A stretch of 64,000 nt of DNA from Clostridiaceae bacterium (GTDB lineage Bacteria > Bacillota > Clostridia > Saccharofermentanales > DTU023): the NCBI GenBank assembly GCA_012521015.1, contig JAAYNE010000093.1:1420-65419 (forward strand), read 5' to 3'. The position numbers were made by a program, and so were the translations under genes. Positions within the stretch are counted from its first letter, which is position 1; each line of letters opens with the position of its first letter. Shown piece after piece: positions 62,062 to 64,000 of this stretch. The notes beneath the pieces were generated by a model. It did not search any database. It worked only from the letters and a program-made list of their open reading frames with translations, and was not told the DNA's origin.

Positions 62062-62435
62062 TTCTCATGAAGAAAGAGTAGATTAATAATATACGTTTCA
62101 CCTGACTGTATGTTGGCTATCTTATGTCTTCTAAGCTAGAATATAAAAGAAGTACAAAAGCACAATTGAAGAATAATTTTTCAAGTAGTAGTATATAATT
62201 AAATTAAGAGTTATAATATATCAAAAGAGAAATAAGTTACGAGACAGTAGTACAAGCAAAGAATTTGAGCAAGATTCAGTTATTTATATCTAGACTACCC
62301 GGAACCACTCGTAGTTACCAGTAGCTAAATGTGCCAGAAAAAGTTAAAGAAAGAATTGCTTGCCATTAACATACAGCTAATGCAAGTGGTATTCTAGTTT
62401 GAAACTATCTCATATTTCATAGCAATTATCAAAGC

Positions 62436-62464
62436 TATAGGGAGTGGCCTTAATTCTCCCTATA
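62436..62464 (+). other. 9-bp-stem hairpin inside the long spacer
   Basis: TATAGGGAG-tggccttaatt-CTCCCTATA. Confidence 0.35.
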
Positions 62465-62917
62465 TTTAAATTCAAAGAAAAGAATTCATCAATCGGAAAA
62501 TATTATCTCTTCATGATCTAGTCAAGAAATATAGTTATATACCTCTAAGATTAAGATGCATAAATATGCACGTAAGTTATTGGTATTTTAATATGTTTTT
62601 TGAAGCATTTTATAATATGACTAGAATATAGAATCACTGTTATTATTTACCGCTTAAGTAATATGGGGATAAGTAGGAATGGGTACGGACGGAGACAGAA
62701 TAAGATTTCTGTTGATTTAATTTATACTTTTTTGGAAGAATTAGAATAATGTGCATTAAATTGAGATGAAGAGAAGATTTACCATCCGGCCGTCAAGAGT
62801 ATTTAAACGACATTGTTAATGATTAGAAGTTTGATAATTTTTAGGATTACATTTTGATGTTAAGTGGCAAAAAAGAAGAAGCGAAAATATTTTTGGAAGG
62901 ATAATTAAGGATAATTA

Positions 62918-64000
62918 ATGGAAGAAAAGACTATTTTAGAATTAAAAAACATCTCTAAATCTTTCCCAGGAGTTCAAGCTTTAAACAATGTTAGTATAAA
63001 GTTTGAGAATGGTAAGGTTCATGCTATTGTAGGTGAAAATGGGGCTGGCAAGTCTACTTTAATAAAAATTCTTAGTGGTGTTTACCAAAAGGATAATGGT
63101 GTCATTCTTATTAATGGTAAAGAAATTGATATTCAAAATCCCAGAAAAGCGACCGAATTAGGCATTAGCACAATCTATCAAGAGTTAAACCTACTTCCAA
63201 ACTTAAGTATTGCAGAGAATATTTTCGTAGGTCGCGAGAAAAGGAACGGTGTGTTTTATGATAAAAAGACCACTGAGATTGAGGCTAGAAAACTTTTATT
63301 GGAAGTAGGAATGACAATAGATGTTGGAACTTTGGTTAAGAACTTATCAATAGCGCAAAGACAACTGCTAGAAGTGGCTAAAGCTTTATCGATTGATTCC
63401 CAAATAATTATTATGGATGAGCCAACTTCTTCATTAGCAGCTGACGAAATAGAAATATTATTGAAAATTGTTAAAGAACTAAGACACAAAGGGAAAGCCA
63501 TTATTTATATATCTCATAAATTGGACGAGATATATGAAGTGAGTGATAAAATCACAGTTTTACGAGATGGCGAATCTATAGGTACAGTTGAAACAAATAA
63601 TTGTAGTGAAGAAAATTTAATTCAAATGATGGTAGGCAGACCGCTTGTAGATCTTTATCCAAAATTAGAAGTAGACATCGGTGATGAGATCTTAAGGGTT
63701 GATAATGTTACATCAGGGAATTTAGTAAAGAATGTAAGTTTTACTCTTCGAAAAGGAGAGATTCTTGGTGTCGCAGGTCTAGTTGGATCTGGAAGAAGTG
63801 AGCTTATGTCTGCAGTTTTTGGTATTGATCCCATAGACCATGGGTCAGTAATTATAGATGGAATAGAGTTGAAGAGTAACTACCCAAAGGATTCAATCGA
63901 TAAAGGGATTGGGTTTGTTCCTGAAGATCGTAAAATGCAAGGATTAATACTAAAAATGTCTATAAGAGAGAATATAACAATATCTTGTTTAGAAGATATC
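62918..64000 (+). CDS. CUT2 sugar ABC transporter ATP-binding protein (3' end beyond window; not in ORF track)
   Basis: Manual translation from the ATG at 62918 (AAGGA RBS): MEEKTILELKNISKSFPGVQALNNVSIKFENGKVHAIVGENGAGKSTL… Open to the window end (361 codons). Paralogous to 58371-59864. Confidence 0.85.
   Translation, partial: MEEKTILELKNISKSFPGVQALNNVSIKFENGKVHAIVGENGAGKSTLIKILSGVYQKDNGVILINGKEIDIQNPRKATELGISTIYQELNLLPNLSIAENIFVGREKRNGVFYDKKTTEIEARKLLLEVGMTIDVGTLVKNLSIAQRQLLEVAKALSIDSQIIIMDEPTSSLAADEIEILLKIVKELRHKGKAIIYISHKLDEIYEVSDKITVLRDGESIGTVETNNCSEENLIQMMVGRPLVDLYPKLEVDIGDEILRVDNVTSGNLVKNVSFTLRKGEILGVAGLVGSGRSELMSAVFGIDPIDHGSVIIDGIELKSNYPKDSIDKGIGFVPEDRKMQGLILKMSIRENITISCLEDI

Overview
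Visibly AT-rich, Firmicutes-like chromosomal window spanning the replication origin, read with the standard genetic code. There are no in-frame TGA problems in conserved genes.

Left part (mostly minus strand): a HAD hydrolase, a truncated orphan yoeB, a phosphoribosyltransferase and a DtxR-family regulator (mntR) flanked by two copies of a ~190-bp palindromic repeat. These are followed by a 4-gene TroA/Mnt-type metal ABC importer and feoA-feoB plus an untracked 58-aa FeoB-associated Cys-rich gene. A transposase scar follows, then (plus strand) nadE, mutM, a minus-strand VOC gene, cls and a DUF3783-like gene.

Origin: clusters of DnaA-box-like 9-mers lie on both sides of dnaA. Next come dnaN, recF, remB and gyrB (no gyrA), two perfect parS 16-mers, and parA/parB.

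Right part: a nitroreductase, an HPr-like gene translationally coupled to a large permease, a Gfo/Idh/MocA oxidoreductase, a DUF362 Fe-S protein, an IMPase-family gene, a two-domain PPK2 and rnfCDGEAB. After a ROK regulator comes a ~22-kb carbohydrate island. It holds three CUT2-type ABC systems (the last runs off the window), GH42, an AraR-like regulator, GH2, araA, an FGGY kinase and araD.

I found no rRNA, tRNA, CRISPR array, prophage or recognisable defence or toxin system, and no clear-cut novel multigene system.

The most interesting signals are regulatory or architectural:
- A shared AGTTAG-N6-CTAACT palindrome in front of the metal ABC operon, feoA and feoB.
- A metal-ABC permease with a C-terminal winged-helix extension.
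- The repeat pair flanking mntR.
- A non-canonical origin neighbourhood and DnaA-box variant.
- The HPr-permease coupling.
- A NadE whose glutaminase catalytic residues are replaced.
- A 950-bp ORF-free spacer with a nested G6/C6 hairpin.
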